A stretch of DNA of 64,000 nt. Origin: Planctomycetota bacterium (GTDB taxonomy: Bacteria > Planctomycetota > Phycisphaerae > Phycisphaerales > Phycisphaeraceae). The stretch is taken from NCBI GenBank assembly GCA_038749105.1, contig JBCDIM010000013.1, forward strand, positions 1,825-65,824. Reading direction: 5' to 3'. The notes below the pieces were generated by a model. The model saw only the letters and a program-made list of their open reading frames with translations. It was not told the origin of the DNA and did no database searches. Both the position numbers and the translations under genes were made by a program. Below are positions 61,715 to 64,000 of this stretch, piece after piece (position 1 is the stretch's first letter; each line of letters starts with the position of its first letter).

Positions 61715-62956
61715 GTGATGCCCACCACTCCGAGCACGACGCTTCGTAGCCGCGACGCGACGCGTCGCCGGCGCGTCGCGATCTGCCTGCTACTGCTCAC
61801 GGCTTTCACAACCCACGCGCAACCCTCCACCGCTCCTAATCCACCCAGCTGGCAGCCCATCGCCCCGATGCCCCGCGCCCTTATCGGGCACGCCGCGTCT
61901 GCTGCCAACAACCGGCTCCTGGTCACCGGTGGCCTCTACGCCAGCACCACGCTCCAAGGCCCCAAGCCTGCCGCCTCCGCAGACGTCTTCGCCTACGACC
62001 CCGAACAAGACCGCTGGCAGGCACACGCCCAACTCCCCCGGGGCCGATTCAACCACGCCCAGATCATGCTCTCCGACGGCCGTCTGCTCATTGTCGGCGG
62101 CAGCACCTACAACGACCAACGCCAACGGCGGCCGCTCGCCGGCTGCCTGCTCCTGGACCCCGAGACGGGCCAAATCGAACCCGGCCCCGAGCTGCCCGAA
62201 CCGATGAGTGCCCCCACCGTGCATCGGGTGGGCGCGCTCGGCGAATCCCCGCCCAAGATCGTCGCCATCGGCGGCCGGTACGCCGCCGTCCTCCAAGGCG
62301 ACCGGTGGCTGCCCATCAAGCTCCAACACCCCCGCACCAGCCACGCCGTGGTCCGCTTCTGGAACGGTACCGCCCTCGTCATCGGGGGCACCGGCCAGGA
62401 CACCCTCGAGCTCGTGGATCTTCACGACCTCACCTCCGAACTCCTGCCCGTCCGTCTGCCCCAAGCCCTCGACGACCACGCCGCGGTCAGCTTCGGTGGC
62501 GGCATCGCTGTCCTCGGCGGGCAGTACTCCCGCGGTGGCAACACCACCAGCGACACGCTCACCCTGGACCTCTCGCGCAGCCTCGGCCCACGTCAGTTCA
62601 AGCCCGGCCCCAGCCTCGGCGTCCCCCTCGGCATGGCCGACCACCGCACAGTCCCCTTCATCCCCGCCGACCAGCCCGACGCCCGGGCCTACCTGCTCAT
62701 CGGCGGCGAGTCCCAGCTCGACGGCCAAGACACCGAGCTCGCCGACACCCGCATCGTCACCGGCCACCCGCTGCGCATAACCACCGGCCCGACCCTCCCG
62801 CAACCCCACGACGACGCCGCCGTCGTCCCCCACTTCCGAGGCCACTCCTACGTCCTCGGCGGGGCGGTCACCCGCACCGTCTTCGGGCGCACCGTCCCCG
62901 TCCCCGTGTCGTACGCCCACCGCCTCGACCTCACCCGCCTCCGCATCGAGCGTTGA
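61715..62956 (+). CDS. Kelch-repeat beta-propeller protein, secreted
   Basis: Signal peptide RRRRVAICLLLLTAFTTHAQP. About 7 repeats of roughly 50 aa with GG and W landmarks (LLVTGGLY, LLIVGGST, IVAIGGRY, ALVIGGTG, IAVLGGQY, YLLIGGES, SYVLGGAV). Confidence 0.6.
   Translation: MMPTTPSTTLRSRDATRRRRVAICLLLLTAFTTHAQPSTAPNPPSWQPIAPMPRALIGHAASAANNRLLVTGGLYASTTLQGPKPAASADVFAYDPEQDRWQAHAQLPRGRFNHAQIMLSDGRLLIVGGSTYNDQRQRRPLAGCLLLDPETGQIEPGPELPEPMSAPTVHRVGALGESPPKIVAIGGRYAAVLQGDRWLPIKLQHPRTSHAVVRFWNGTALVIGGTGQDTLELVDLHDLTSELLPVRLPQALDDHAAVSFGGGIAVLGGQYSRGGNTTSDTLTLDLSRSLGPRQFKPGPSLGVPLGMADHRTVPFIPADQPDARAYLLIGGESQLDGQDTELADTRIVTGHPLRITTGPTLPQPHDDAAVVPHFRGHSYVLGGAVTRTVFGRTVPVPVSYAHRLDLTRLRIER
61747..61772. 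repeat. 26-nt GC-rich palindromic element, copy 2, inside the N-terminal codons of the Kelch gene
   Basis: Identical to 21664-21689. Extended by GCGCGTCGCG (61771-61780), giving nested stems. Translated as SRDATRRRRVA. Confidence 0.8.
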
Positions 62957-63022
62957 CCCCCCCACGCGGGGGCCATATCTTGAAATGGCAAGGCCGCACC
63001 CTCTTTCTGTGACACCCCGCCG

Positions 63023-64000
63023 ATGCCCGACCCGCCCGATCCGCTTGCGGCCAAACCCAAACGCCGCTCCGGGCCCAGCTTTAAACGCTTCTTCACCCGC
63101 GGGCTCGGCGTCCTGCTGCCCACCCTAATCACCTTCGGCCTCGTCGTCTGGGCCTACGGCATGGTCTCCAACACCATCGCCGAGCCGATCAACCGGCTCA
63201 TCCGGTTTGCCATCGTCGAATACACCCCTTTCCCCGCAGCCACCGACCGCGACTTCGACGAGATCTTCGAACAGCTCGACCGCTCCATCCAGCGCGACTG
63301 GGAAAAGGTCGACGACATCAACCGACTCATCGCCAGCCAGAACAACCGCCTCTACACCACCGAGCAGTCCCTCGTCGAACAACGCGACTGGCTCCGCCAA
63401 CGCCCCGAGGCTGTCACCCTCGCCCGGCGGCACCACCTGCTCGAACGCTGGGACGCCATCCGCATCGGCGAGTGGGTCGTCACCGACCTCATCGGGATCG
63501 CCGTCGCCATCGTCCTCATCTTCGTGGTGGGCGTCTTCCTGTCCAACCTCGTCGGCCGACGCCTGGTCAACAAGTCCGAAGAGCTCATCGCCCGCCTCCC
63601 CCTGGTCCGACGCGTCTACCCGTCGGTCAAGCAGGTCACCGACTTCTTCTTCGGGGAGTCTGAAACCCCCATCGAGTTCAACCGGGTTGTCGCCGTCCAG
63701 TACCCCCGCAAGGGCCTGTGGTCCGTCGGGCTCGTCACCGGCTCGACCATGAAACGCATCCAGCAGGAGGCCGGTGCCGAGTGCCTCACCGTCTTCGTCC
63801 CCAGCTCGCCCACCCCGTTTACCGGCTACGTCATCACCGTCCCCGTCCACGACACCATCGACCTGAACATCTCCATCGAAGACGCCCTGAAGTTTGCCGT
63901 CTCCGGCGGCGTGCTGATCCCGCCCAGCCAGCAGATCACCGAAGCCTCCGCCGCCGTGACCGACCTCGACCCCGACGGCACGACCGATCAGCCCGACGGC
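63023..64000 (+). CDS. DUF502 family membrane protein; 3' end outside the window
   Basis: Not in the ORF track because no stop is reached. ATG 63023, frame open to the window end. FKRFFTRGLGVLLPTLITFGLVVW ... LPLVRRVYPSVKQV ... VAVQYPRKGLWSVGLVTG ... VFVPSSPTPFTGYVITVP match DUF502 blocks. Confidence 0.7.
   Translation, partial: MPDPPDPLAAKPKRRSGPSFKRFFTRGLGVLLPTLITFGLVVWAYGMVSNTIAEPINRLIRFAIVEYTPFPAATDRDFDEIFEQLDRSIQRDWEKVDDINRLIASQNNRLYTTEQSLVEQRDWLRQRPEAVTLARRHHLLERWDAIRIGEWVVTDLIGIAVAIVLIFVVGVFLSNLVGRRLVNKSEELIARLPLVRRVYPSVKQVTDFFFGESETPIEFNRVVAVQYPRKGLWSVGLVTGSTMKRIQQEAGAECLTVFVPSSPTPFTGYVITVPVHDTIDLNISIEDALKFAVSGGVLIPPSQQITEASAAVTDLDPDGTTDQPDG

Noticed and set aside
1-64000. tRNA, rRNA, tmRNA, transposase, integrase or prophage genes
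   Set aside because: All intergenic spacers longer than 70 nt were read for T-loop-like GGTTCGAATCC-type motifs and cloverleaf symmetry, and none was found. No ORF shows DDE, tyrosine-recombinase or serine-recombinase motifs, or phage structural motifs. A tRNAscan/Infernal run would be needed to make the negative result firm.

Overview
High-GC bacterial chromosomal segment, roughly two-thirds G+C by eye. The gene content points to Planctomycetota, possibly Phycisphaerae-like: a DUF1559/HX9DG-type prepilin-like protein, PEP-CTERM proteins, KorAB 2-oxoglutarate:ferredoxin oxidoreductase, a very long LepB and a solitary nuoH. I support about 60 CDS. Most are housekeeping: ilvN, lepB, nuoH, trpC, tsaD, korAB, hslU, cmk, plsC, ybaB, birA, nadC, speA, carA, tyrS. 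Interleaved with them are cell-envelope modules: a pilM-N-O-(P-like)-pilB block, several glycosyltransferases, a Wzy_C-like ligase / radical SAM-SPASM / methyltransferase / GT4 operon, and three PEP-CTERM proteins. I found no rRNA, tRNA, CRISPR array, transposase, integrase or prophage genes.

Observations most worth follow-up:
1. A 43-aa exported peptide with 9 Cys in its 20-residue mature part, absent from the ORF track, sits next to a membrane-anchored CC-motif protein (23187-23825).
2. A translationally coupled ligase-rSAM/SPASM-methyltransferase-GT4 operon has no precursor peptide nearby (31036-35724), with a divergent GT-C gene (35885-37333).
3. Two tandem PEP-CTERM paralogs appear co-transcribed with a pseudopilin-like gene. 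Exosortase-associated accessory genes are scattered over the window, but no exosortase is present.
4. A low-GC small ORF is wedged between korA and korB and coupled to both.
5. Several short-period repeat families occur: heptamer and octamer tandem arrays, TTTAGCC-hairpin elements and a 26-nt palindromic element. Some lie inside signal-peptide coding sequence or bracket a start codon.

All functional calls rest on motif recognition by eye. No searches were run.
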